A DNA stretch of 62,287 nucleotides from Histomonas meleagridis 2922-C6/04-290x. Its lineage: Eukaryota > Protista > Parabasalia. Under the pieces are notes generated by a model. The model was not told where the DNA came from and made no database searches. It saw only the letters and a list, made by a program, of their open reading frames with translations. Shown here piece after piece: positions 44,575 to 54,958 of this stretch (within the stretch, counting starts at the first letter, position 1; each line of letters opens with the position of its first letter). Position numbers and translations under genes: made by a program. Location: contig JAANOX010000182.1 in NCBI GenBank assembly GCA_020184695.1, forward strand, positions 1 through 62,287, read 5' to 3'.

Positions 44575-46901
44575 ATGGGGGACGAAGAAACTCGGTTCTT
44601 TCGGGTTCTCTATGAAACTATATGGAAACTAAGTGAAGAATCAATTAAACCATCAGCCATATTAATATCTAGTTTGTTTGATGCCAATTTTCCATATTCT
44701 TTTAATATTTTTATTTGCCAATTAATTTTTTCATCATTTGTTTCCCTTAAAAAAGATATAAATATTTATCTAAGTTTGCTACAAGAAATAAATACATTGG
44801 ATATAGAAGTCAAAAATTCACAAAATATTATTTTTATTATGGCACAATATCTCAAAAAAATCGCGACCTTTGAATCAAATTATATGCTTGAGATGATGAT
44901 AGAAACAAATTTGATTGATGCTAATATGATAAAAAGTATGAAAAGTTTATATTTTGCACATTATATCACTAAAGAAGAAGTCGAAAATTTAAAATATTTG
45001 CCATTTTGGAAAACTTTTTTTGCAAATATAAATGACTTATCAAAAGACAATTGGGAACTTCATAAGCAATTAATTAAAGAAGGAGTTAATCCAGATGAAA
45101 CTGCAAAAATAATTCGAAATGATGAAATCGAAAAACTTCAAGAAATATCATCACAACAAAGTTTTAATTTTAATCAAAAAATTTCACCATCACTTTATGA
45201 AAGATGCTCATTTATCAATAAAGAAAATGTTACATTAATTGATTATGCAGCATTTTTCGGATCAGTTAAATGTTTTAAATATTTATTAATGAATAATGCA
45301 AAAGTAGAAAACACAGGTAAATATGCAATTGCAGGTGGAAACATTGAAATTATTCATTTATGTGAACAAAATCATTCATCATTTAAAAATGCATATGAAG
45401 CAGCAATTGAATTTCATCGAAATGATATCTTTAAATATATTTATGAAAATAAATTAGATAAAATTGAAAAGTTAGAAGAATTAGGAACAAAATGTATTTT
45501 ATATAACAATTATGAAACTTTTTTTTATTTAGAAAAAGAAGGAATGAAAATTTGCGATTCACTTATTAAGGAATCCGTAAAAATAGGAAACTTATTCATG
45601 ACAAAATATTTTATTGATAACAATGCTGCGTTACCAAAAAACGTTTTATTTGCTTCTTTAAAATCGGAAAATATTGAACTTATTAAATTAATTCTTGAAA
45701 ATAAGAAAATTGATATAAACACTAAAAACATTTTTTTCCTTTGCTTAAAGTTTAATTGAATCTTGAAATGTGTTAAAATATCATTTGGAGTTTAATCAAA
45801 TAATTTAAAACTGTACTTATGAATGCATCTAAAATAGGAAATATTAAAATTGTTGAGTTACTTCTTTCACAAAAAAAGATTGATGTTAATAAAAAAGATA
45901 TTTTTTCATTTAATTCCAAATTTATTTCTTAATTTTGATATTTTAATGTATTATTTGGAATAAATATAAATTGTTTTTGACAGCACTTATGTATGCATCA
46001 AGATATGGTAATAGTGAAGTTGTAAAATTACTTCTTGATCAAAAAGAAATTAATATTAATGATAAAGATATTTTATAATTAGATATAAATTTTATTTAAA
46101 AAATTTCATGTTTGAAAAATATAATTGGAATTTATAATAAATATATTGGAACTCATTAGTATTCGCTTGTTTTTATGGTAACACAGAAACAGTTGAATTA
46201 CTTTTAAAGGAAAAAACAATAGAAATGAATATTAAAGATATTATCTTAAAAAACTTCGAGTTAATATTTTCAAGTTTATGTTTCAATTTATTTTTTGAAG
46301 TTAATTTTTTATATAATATTCTGCATTTATATATGCAGCAAGGAATGGACATGTTCAAATAGTTAAATCATTACTTGATCAAAAAGGTATTAATATTAAT
46401 GCTAAAAATGACAATTTTATTAACTTAAAGTTCATTTTTATAAAATGAGATTTCATTTCAATATAAGGAATATAATTTTAACTTTTGAGACTGCACTAAT
46501 TTTGGCATCTAAAAATGGACATTATGAAATAGTGAAATTACTTCTTGAACAAGAAGAAATTAACATAAATATAAAAGATGTATATTTATTTAAATTAAAT
46601 TTTATTTTAACAATTTGATATTTTAAAATAATTTTTGGTAATTATTCAAATTATTTCTTACAGCAATAATGAACGCATTCCATTTTGGTCATTTACATAT
46701 AGTAAAATTATTTCTTGACCAAGGAACAAAAATTAAATCAAAAGATATTAATTTATACAATTTAAAATTTAATAATATTATTTTTTGTTATAAAATATTA
46801 TTTGGAATATAATTAATTTATTGTGCACATTACAAATGAATAAGCCTGTAAATGCTAATAGAGGAATTGTTGGGTTATTAAACAAAAAAAGTCAAAAATA
46901 A
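44575..46901 (+). CDS. DUF3447-like/ankyrin-repeat protein. The continuous ORF stops at 45759, but seven more ankyrin units follow, joined by 17-nt-interrupted linkers.
   Basis: N-terminal IIRNDEIEKLQE..LIDYAAFFGSVKCFKYLL..AIAGGNIEIIHLC..AIEFHRNDIFKYI. Downstream units begin at 45810, 45980, 46150, 46320, 46490, 46660 and 46827 in rotating frames. Stop TAA at 46899-46901. Confidence 0.85.
45640..46901 (+). repeat. 170-nt periodic array: 90 nt ankyrin coding + 4 x (17-nt spacer + 1 codon)
   Basis: Unit starts at 45640, 45810, 45980, 46150, 46320, 46490 and 46660 (period 170), then 46827 (167 after a unit one codon shorter). GGA/GGT/GAA always lies at linker positions 58-60. Confidence 0.95.
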
Positions 46902-47133
46902 TAATTTAAAGTTAAAAAACAAAATAATAAAAATATTTGCTATTAATATTCTTTTTCCAAACTCAAAAAAAAAGAACAATTAAATTATATATTTATGTAT
47001 ATAATAACATAGTATTATTTTCAATTATGAAAAAATGTTTCAAATGAAAATGGAAACAATTTTCAATAAACCACAGAAAAATTTTTCAATGAGAAACGAT
47101 TAATTCTTTCATTCAATTTTTAATTACAAATTT

Positions 47134-49992
47134 TCAGGTTGATTTATTCGCAATGATCGTAACAGATTTGATTTTGGTAATAACATCCTTAACCTTATTA
47201 ATTTCATCTTGCATTACCAATTTTGAAGGTACTAATGTTAAGTTTGATTTATCTCTTTCATCAACGAAAGCCAATATATTAATTATTTTCGCAAAGGTTT
47301 GATTGTTTCCATCCAGATATGAATTTCCATCATTTGGAGCAAACGAAACAACAATTTTTTCTTTTCGCATTGCAACTGCCACTTTTTGTAAAACAGCGAA
47401 TGCTCTGTTCCAATATTTTTGTGGACAAATCTCTCGAGAAAACTTATCAAGAGCTTGGTTTGGTAGTACCCTTGAACACACAATGACGATTTGTACTTCG
47501 ATTTGGATACCAAATGAACATATTCCATTTTCATAACAAAAAGTTAATGATTTTAATGGTATATGAACGGATGTAATGGTTGGATTTTTATCTATTGTTG
47601 TCTCATTAGCTTTATTGCTTCGTGTATTAACTGTTCCAATATAAGCAAGATCTACATTGTTGGTTCTGATTTTAACCATTAAAGAATTCCCAATGTTACG
47701 TTTTGGCTGTCGTACTTCGATGCGCCATTGGTATGTATCAATGTATCGAATATATTGGACAATTGTTAATATCTCTTGAAGACTATCATGAAGTTTGCCT
47801 TTTGTAGATTCCACAATTGATTTAAGTTGTTCGTATGTGATATATTGTATTTTAGTTGATAAAGATTTGGATTCAGGTTTTGATAATTCTTTGAGAACTC
47901 CACCATGACAGATAACAATTTTTAGTTTTTCTGTAGTGTTAGGTAAAAGACGTGAAAAATATGCGAAGGCAAGATCTAAAGCCTCGAAATAATCATCTTT
48001 TTTGCGTTCTGGAGAAGTTATATCGTACGATAGGATTTCGTCCTCAATAATTGTGCCAAACCGTCGGCTGAGGTGGAAAACGTTTCTTTTTGAATATGTG
48101 CGCAACGATCGAAAACCGTTTTTTTGAATCCAATAATGAAACGGTTTTGTGACGCTTGATGGTAATGAGTGTAAAGAACCATCATCCAGCATCACAATGA
48201 TACCCATTTCATCATGACTATTACATTGAAATGTGGTGTTAGAGAAATAAAACCCACCAAAAGTAGTTGCTATGTTATAAAATTCTGTGATTGCATGTGA
48301 CTCAAATTTGTTCATGTAAATATCAGAAGTATTCATTCCATCAAAATCACTTAACCCAAAAGGCATTCTTCTAGAATCAGCAAATAATGCTGATAATACT
48401 TCAGGTGCATGAGAATCAAGTGTTATAGTTCCTGCTGAGATCGCATTCGTTAAAGTCCTTAAATCAGATCCATCTTTTTGGATTTCTATTGATGGAACTA
48501 ATTTAGCTTGTAAGAGATCAATTGCAGATGGTCTCTTATTAGCAGGTTGCATTAATAAAGAAACAATTTTAGATTGGATAGGGAATATTTCACTCCACTT
48601 CTTAGGAATAATTCCTTTATAAACAAGATCCCTTAATATGACTTCACGCTCGTGATCGTTCTCAAACGGGTGCCACATTTCAAAGAAGACGATACCAAAG
48701 GCAAACATGTCACTTTTTGGATCGATGATTTCCCTCGAGTCGTTATAAGGGAACTGAAGCCGAGATGACGACTCGCTAAAATCAGTAAGTTTCGCATCTT
48801 CACCTTCTATGAAGATGTTACTTGGTGTCATCATGTTGTATACAATATCATGAGAATGAAGATAATGAAGTGCTTCAAGGATTTGTTGTGTAATACGCCA
48901 TTGAATACCGTGAGACTCAAAGAATTGAGGATCTTGTAGATGGGTTTTAAGACTTTTACCATCAATGTAATCCATTTGCATAAACATGAATTTTGTGCTC
49001 TTAGTAATAGGCGGGGATAAACAAAAGGCTTTAGAAATTGAAAGGGCTGCTTCTTCATCACATTCATCCACCCATGAGTTATAATATCGAACAATGTATC
49101 TATGTTGAAGTTGAGTAAGAAGAGCAATTTGTGATTGAAGAGCTGCAATTTGATCGTTAATAGGAATGACTTTTATAGCATAAACTCGCCTATCGACACG
49201 ATTTCTTGCTCGAACTGTTGATTTATTGCATAATGAGATAATTGAGAAATCGTTAAAAAAAGAGGACATCTGAGAGCTCGAGAAAATCTTTGGTGATTCA
49301 TCTAGAAGCTCTCTAACAGAAGATGGAAGAGTTTTACATTCTGATAATAATTTTGAAACAGTTGTTGGAATTGATTCAATTGGTGGTCCAGGTTGAGCAA
49401 TAATATGAAGTTCATTGATAAGAAAATTGGCACATTCTTCGAGACTTTGCTTTCCGGAACATGCTCGAAATAAACAATAAATTAAAAATGAATTTTGTAA
49501 GTTTGCTGATTGACCAATTGTAGATGGAGCAAAAAGGTTTGTACGCTCACGAATCCATTCATCAGATCGATTTCTGTTTAATGAAGTTTCAACAAATAAT
49601 TTGGATGTCTCGATTGGGTCAGGAAAATGTACTTCTTCAGCTACAATCTTTTCTTTATCCCATTTGATCATTTTAATTTCTTCTATTAATAAAGGAATTA
49701 TGTTTTCTTGGTTTTTAAAAAATAAATAACAATTATTAATTGTCTTATCTATTTTACGCATTGAACCAGGAAACACCTTAGTGGAATTTATGATTTTTAT
49801 TATTGGTGGTACTTGTGGATATTTTGAGGATATACTTAATGAAAAAGTTATATTTTGAGATCCTTTTGAAATTGTGATTAAACACGAACGTGGTGAAGTT
49901 GTGCGAATTGTGACGCCTTCTATTTGAGATGCTGCATTTAACTCGGTTCGAAAAGAACCATTCATATATATGGTTAACGGTCGCGATTCCAT
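47134..49992 (-). CDS. GCN2-like protein (RWD + eIF2alpha-kinase-like domain + HisRS-like region), probably a pseudokinase
   Basis: RWD YPQVPP; YAIKVI, LQHRYIVRYYNSW, MQMDYIDG, KSDMFAFGIVFFEMW, RPSAIDLL. The catalytic loop reads IVYNMMTPSNIF. Confidence 0.75.
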   Translation of the reverse strand: MESRPLTIYMNGSFRTELNAASQIEGVTIRTTSPRSCLITISKGSQNITFSLSISSKYPQVPPIIKIINSTKVFPGSMRKIDKTINNCYLFFKNQENIIPLLIEEIKMIKWDKEKIVAEEVHFPDPIETSKLFVETSLNRNRSDEWIRERTNLFAPSTIGQSANLQNSFLIYCLFRACSGKQSLEECANFLINELHIIAQPGPPIESIPTTVSKLLSECKTLPSSVRELLDESPKIFSSSQMSSFFNDFSIISLCNKSTVRARNRVDRRVYAIKVIPINDQIAALQSQIALLTQLQHRYIVRYYNSWVDECDEEAALSISKAFCLSPPITKSTKFMFMQMDYIDGKSLKTHLQDPQFFESHGIQWRITQQILEALHYLHSHDIVYNMMTPSNIFIEGEDAKLTDFSESSSRLQFPYNDSREIIDPKSDMFAFGIVFFEMWHPFENDHEREVILRDLVYKGIIPKKWSEIFPIQSKIVSLLMQPANKRPSAIDLLQAKLVPSIEIQKDGSDLRTLTNAISAGTITLDSHAPEVLSALFADSRRMPFGLSDFDGMNTSDIYMNKFESHAITEFYNIATTFGGFYFSNTTFQCNSHDEMGIIVMLDDGSLHSLPSSVTKPFHYWIQKNGFRSLRTYSKRNVFHLSRRFGTIIEDEILSYDITSPERKKDDYFEALDLAFAYFSRLLPNTTEKLKIVICHGGVLKELSKPESKSLSTKIQYITYEQLKSIVESTKGKLHDSLQEILTIVQYIRYIDTYQWRIEVRQPKRNIGNSLMVKIRTNNVDLAYIGTVNTRSNKANETTIDKNPTITSVHIPLKSLTFCYENGICSFGIQIEVQIVIVCSRVLPNQALDKFSREICPQKYWNRAFAVLQKVAVAMRKEKIVVSFAPNDGNSYLDGNNQTFAKIINILAFVDERDKSNLTLVPSKLVMQDEINKVKDVITKIKSVTIIANKST

Positions 49993-50320
49993 AAATCCTT
50001 TTAAAAAAATCTTCAAAATTAAAATCATTAATGATTTAATCATTACTTAATATTAAACAGGTGCATTTCATCTTTTACAATTAGCAAAATTAATCTAATA
50101 AATATAAATATCAAAATCAATTGATTATTTTGAAATTGAAAATCTAAGACGTCCGCTGACAATTCAAAAAATATGTGATGCATCCCTCATTTTTGCATCT
50201 GTTTTAAATATAATTTTAGTTATAAGCTAGTTATAAATTTGAACAGGGTTCCATTTATTATGCGTTGTAGGGGTTATTTTGAAGACAAAATATTTGAAAG
50301 AAAATATATTTGTCAAGTTA

Positions 50321-50842
50321 ATGCTTTTCTTTTTCACTTTTTTATTTTTAATTAAGAGTGATGATGAAGTTAAGCCTATTCAGGAGGCAATTTTAGGAAA
50401 TTGGGGTATTTCTAAAGTCGATGTAACACATGATTCTCTTGAAAATCCAGATGTTGAAAATTTTACCCTCATTGTTCAAAAAACGGGAAATGAGTTCTAC
50501 TTTGAGGGAAACTCTTCAAATGGAGAAATTGTCTCTATTTATTTTGATCATAATAATGGAACATTTACATTGAATTTTTCAAAATCCAAGCTGACAATAT
50601 CAAATGTTATCACAACCACACAAAATGGACTTAGAGGCTGCCATGGAGCATTACTTTCACCTGATGTTTCATATTCATTTATAATTCTTTCATCTTATCG
50701 ATGTGAATTAACAATATTTAATCGTAAGACAAATGATGTAACATTGTACAGAATGTATAAGGATTTCGAAACGGACAAACTATCAGCTTTTACAAAGTTT
50801 GGTTCTTTTCTCTTAAGAAAATCTATATTAAGAGCATTATGA
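50321..50842 (+). CDS. Secreted or membrane hypothetical protein with a signal peptide
   Basis: MLFFFTFLFLIKS N-terminus; beta-rich body. Confidence 0.65.
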   Translation: MLFFFTFLFLIKSDDEVKPIQEAILGNWGISKVDVTHDSLENPDVENFTLIVQKTGNEFYFEGNSSNGEIVSIYFDHNNGTFTLNFSKSKLTISNVITTTQNGLRGCHGALLSPDVSYSFIILSSYRCELTIFNRKTNDVTLYRMYKDFETDKLSAFTKFGSFLLRKSILRAL

Positions 50843-51842
50843 ATAAAATAAATTTTTTGGATTTTGTAACAAAAAATAATGTTAAATCAATTTAAATGAT
50901 CTCATTTTTTAAAATTATTTCATCTTTAGCATTTCTTTCTTTCACTATTCACAACAATTTATGGTTTTAAAACCAAGTTCTCATTGTTTCAATCACTAGT
51001 GATAGAAAGAAATATTAAGAATATATATCACCTGTTATTCGATATATCAATAGTGATAATATCAATGAAATATTTTTTACACAAATTAGTATAAAATTAA
51101 AATGTTTAATATTTCCTTTTATTTTCTGTATGAGAGTTCAAATGGATGAAATAACCATTTTACTCGATGACTTAAAATAAAAGCATTACGTGGAGAACAA
51201 GTACATATGTACACATACAGAAAAATGACTGTTTCAAAAAAAAATTCGAACTTCTTATCCTGTCTTTGCAAGTGTCTCATTAAATTGAACTTCGAATTGA
51301 TCTGCAAGTTTGAACACAACGTTCATTTTCTAGTCAATTTTATTTCCACATACAAGGCAATGAACATGATTAATTTCTTTTTATCTACAAATTTCACAAA
51401 AACCTTTCATGTCTTCAAACGTACCTTACAAAACAGTCGTTCATCATATGATGGCCAGCCGAACAACAGCCGTTCATTCCAGGCGTTAATAAAATTTCTA
51501 ATTAGTTACTCGGTGAAGATTCGTGTTACTCGGAAAACTTATTTTGAACCAAGATATGTATTAAAGAGAACACTTTCAAACAACACAAAATCAAACATAA
51601 AGTCCAACTTTTCTTGTTTCCATTGGAAGAGATTGCTATTCATTGAATTCTTTTTGGTGTTTGAATAATAGTTAGTGAACTTAAACACAAAGATTACGAG
51701 GATCAAATTCTTTTTAAAAAGGTTGATAAACTAATGAAAAATTGCACATAAACTATTCAAAACAAGAGGTAAAGAAGAACAACCGCACAGCAATGTCTTA
51801 TCACAATAATGCAACGATATAATATAGTGATGCATTTACTGA

Positions 51843-53240
51843 TTAAATTTCATCCAAATCCAACCCACTATCTTCATTTTTGCCTTCTTCACTACTTTTT
51901 TCATTTTCTTTCTCATTTTTAACATCTCTTGCAATTCCTACAGATATTATAGCGATTATAAAAGAAATAATAGATAACAACCAAATTCCATATTTGTAAC
52001 CATCTTTAGTGAACTTATTTTCTCCTGGTTGTTTACCATATTTCTTTACTATAATTGAAGAAACTGTTTGGAATAAAGCAGATGACATAAATGTGAAAAA
52101 ATTAGCGCATCCAACTGCAGTTCCAGATAATGATGGTTGATAATAACTACTAACCATTGGGTATGCAACACTTATTAAAGCATAAGTAAAAGCGCCAATA
52201 GATATTAAACATATATAAATTGATATATCATTAAACTTAGAAGGGTCAATTAAGAAAAATATTAAAGAAATGATGAATACTAATATTGATGAAACGAAGC
52301 AAGGCCATTTCTTCGAATTAACGAATGTTGCTAAAGGTGGAATTAAAAGAGAACCAAGTATTAACCCGGCTGACAACGCGATTGCTGCAAACCCAGATTT
52401 TTGTTTTGAATAACCATGAATATCTTGCAGATAAGGACTTATCCATACACCAGTAAGTGTGAAATAAGGCCCATTTGCAAACATTGCATATACTGCTACA
52501 ATCCAAAAGAAAGGATTAGAAATAACTTGTATGAGATTCGACCAAAGCTTTGCGATAATTTCTTTAAATTTATATGTTTCTCTTGTCCCTTTCGCAAGAT
52601 CTTGATTAACAGGTGGATAACCAAGTGTCGTAGGAGAACCTCTTACGAAAATGAGACAAAGAATCGAAAAAATAAGACCAATAACTCCAATTCCATAAAA
52701 CGAATATCTCCAATCTATCTTTTCAGTTAATATAGCTAATGGGCCTTGTGCAATAATTCCTCCTAATGCGCCAATTGCTAAAAGGATTCCATTCATTATT
52801 GGTTGCATATGAAATGAATACCATACGAGAATAATTTTACATGTTGCAACATATGTAGTACCACAACCTAATCCAACTAAAAATCGACCAAAACAACCAA
52901 CGGAAAGTGTTTTTGATGCACCACAAATGATAGCTCCGATTGCTGCAATGATTTGCATAAAACCAATCATATACGATGGTTCAAAAATATCAACAAGAAG
53001 CCCTATAAATGGCTGAATTACACCATATGGATAAAAATAAATAGAAGAGAATATACCAAGATCTGATGTGTCAACATTATAACTTTTGGCCATTTCTGTA
53101 GAAACAATGGATGTACACGTTCTTTGAAACATAACGATAGCATATAACACTGATACTATAATGAAAACAAAAACTCGTCGAAGTTTGAACCCAGTTTTTG
53201 AAATTTGATCCTTGGATGAATCGGAAGGAGCTTCTTCCAT
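51843..53240 (-). CDS. Major facilitator superfamily transporter
   Basis: 12 TM segments; FQRTCTSIV, DLGIFSSIYFYPYGVIQPFIGLLVD, GRFLVGLG. Confidence 0.92.
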   Translation of the reverse strand: MEEAPSDSSKDQISKTGFKLRRVFVFIIVSVLYAIVMFQRTCTSIVSTEMAKSYNVDTSDLGIFSSIYFYPYGVIQPFIGLLVDIFEPSYMIGFMQIIAAIGAIICGASKTLSVGCFGRFLVGLGCGTTYVATCKIILVWYSFHMQPIMNGILLAIGALGGIIAQGPLAILTEKIDWRYSFYGIGVIGLIFSILCLIFVRGSPTTLGYPPVNQDLAKGTRETYKFKEIIAKLWSNLIQVISNPFFWIVAVYAMFANGPYFTLTGVWISPYLQDIHGYSKQKSGFAAIALSAGLILGSLLIPPLATFVNSKKWPCFVSSILVFIISLIFFLIDPSKFNDISIYICLISIGAFTYALISVAYPMVSSYYQPSLSGTAVGCANFFTFMSSALFQTVSSIIVKKYGKQPGENKFTKDGYKYGIWLLSIISFIIAIISVGIARDVKNEKENEKSSEEGKNEDSGLDLDEI

Positions 53241-53950
53241 TTATAGTTTCTGAAATAACAAAAAGCTGATAACTAAAAAGTTATGCATAAAAGTTTTAGT
53301 AAAATTAATAAAACTGTATGAAAGGCATTCAAAAATCTTATGGAAAATGTCCAGAAAATAAGCATCCAGAAATTGATGTCCTGATTCATAAGAAAATTGT
53401 CTTGCGCTGCTAAATAAAATGTCTGAAATTGGAAAGTTTATAATGACATTAAGTACCTTTAATTGTCTTTCTTCATAAATGCTAATATTTGTAAATTAAT
53501 TCTTTATGTTTAACACCTTAAATTTGCATAATATTGTTTTAAATGTATAAAAAACTATGTTTAATTCTTTGATTTTAACCATTACTTGTAAATATATTTT
53601 GAAATTAGTTTTTGCAAGACTAGATAACATTATTAAAGTTCATGGACAAATTTTGAAATTTACTATGTAAAATATTTTTAAAATGATATGAATATAATAT
53701 ATATGTTATATATTTCCCTTATATTTGAAATTGTTCACTGATATTTCTCATGAAGCTTGTTGAAAAAAATCGGCAGTATCAGCTTCACTTTTTGAACAAG
53801 ATTCTATTAAAGTCGATCGAAAAGTGCTGCAGGTTTAACTTACACATGAAAATCACATATAATAAATCCCTTTAAACCCTTTAAAATTTGTTGAATAATT
53901 ACAAAAAAAATATCGGATAGTTGAATTTACTTAAATCCAATTCGCATTTC

Positions 53951-54958
53951 TTAGAGTTCGACAAGAGGTGACTGATCGAACAAGGGGTGCCCCTGAGGAA
54001 GGGGCAGTCCAATTTTTGTGAACAATAACCGTTTCTTAGCGTACTCCAAATATGGGAAGTCAATTGTTGATTTGCACGCTTGGAAGATACCCCATGTACC
54101 CCAATACAAACATGTGAGTGGCACAATAGCTTCGATTCTAGTTATCCATGATTGGACTGTTTTTTCATCTGGTTCAAACCCATAAAGAGATTTCAAATAC
54201 AAATATAGAAATCGGCTTTGTTGTTCATATGATGGATAATTGTTTAGGTCAATTTCGAAACCACACCATTCGAAAAAGTGATTTGCAATATCAAAGTGAG
54301 GCCATGTGTAAGAAGAATATTCATAGTCAATAACACTAAGTTCATCACCATCCCATAAAATGTTACCAGCAAGTAAATCGTTGTGGCACAAAACAACATC
54401 ACAGCCTTCCATCATTGTTGATAGCTTGTTTTTCATGTTTTCTAAAAGTTCATTTAATTCTTTAATGCTACAACCTTCAACATTGCTAACAAAAGAAGGA
54501 TCTATTTTTTCGATGAAGTTTTGAATGATTTGAAACATCGTATTTTCGTTTGTTGGTGACTCTGGAAGAGTTGCTGAATGGAATTTGCCTAAAAGAATTG
54601 CCATTTTATCTGCGATTTCAGGCGTACCCATCATATATGGTTTGAGGGGAACACCTTCTTGATAAGAAAGTACAACACAATTTGGATATTGAGCATAAAT
54701 TTTTGTTAAATTAATCTTTCTAATATGTTCTAATTCTTCTTTTCTGTTAATAATTTCACCAGAACCATCACCAAAAACTTTAACAACATACTTCTTTGAA
54801 GGAGTGAATAACGAAAATACTTGATTTGTTATACCACCTTTCATTGATTTTATTTGAACTTGTGAGGGATCATCACGAATTCCAAGAGCCTTTATTAAAA
54901 ATGCTTTTTGTTCTTCTCTTGTGGCTTTTGCAGGAAAAACTTCGCTCATTATTTTCAA
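53951..54958 (-). CDS. Choline/ethanolamine kinase
   Basis: GGITNQVF, VVKVFG, Brenner motif CHNDLLAGNIL, IDYEYS, FDIANHFFEWCG. Confidence 0.92.
   Translation of the reverse strand: MKIMSEVFPAKATREEQKAFLIKALGIRDDPSQVQIKSMKGGITNQVFSLFTPSKKYVVKVFGDGSGEIINRKEELEHIRKINLTKIYAQYPNCVVLSYQEGVPLKPYMMGTPEIADKMAILLGKFHSATLPESPTNENTMFQIIQNFIEKIDPSFVSNVEGCSIKELNELLENMKNKLSTMMEGCDVVLCHNDLLAGNILWDGDELSVIDYEYSSYTWPHFDIANHFFEWCGFEIDLNNYPSYEQQSRFLYLYLKSLYGFEPDEKTVQSWITRIEAIVPLTCLYWGTWGIFQACKSTIDFPYLEYAKKRLLFTKIGLPLPQGHPLFDQSPLVEL

Noticed and set aside
45730-46826. Ankyrin linkers as single 68-nt spliceosomal introns
   Set aside because: The length fits arithmetically, but there are no consistent GT/AG ends or ACTAAC branch site. 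Any single-block removal discards the phased GGA codon and gives non-consensus hairpins.
45730-46826. Matched take-off/landing codons as in T4 gene 60 bypassing
   Set aside because: The triplet before each resumed codon generally does not match the codon before the spacer (e.g. AAC vs CTT), so classical matched hopping is not supported. Unmatched bypass remains possible.
45640-46901. CRISPR-like array or satellite
   Set aside because: The constant part is diverged protein-coding ankyrin sequence rather than an identical repeat; the context is eukaryotic and there are no cas genes.
50186-50215. GATGCA...TGCATC hairpin with a TGATG box-C-like word
   Set aside because: Short stem with no convincing box D or guide; expected by chance.
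51207-51668. 153-aa plus-strand ORF
   Set aside because: TTG/GTG-type or weak start context, no recognisable motifs and intergenic-like composition; probably spurious.
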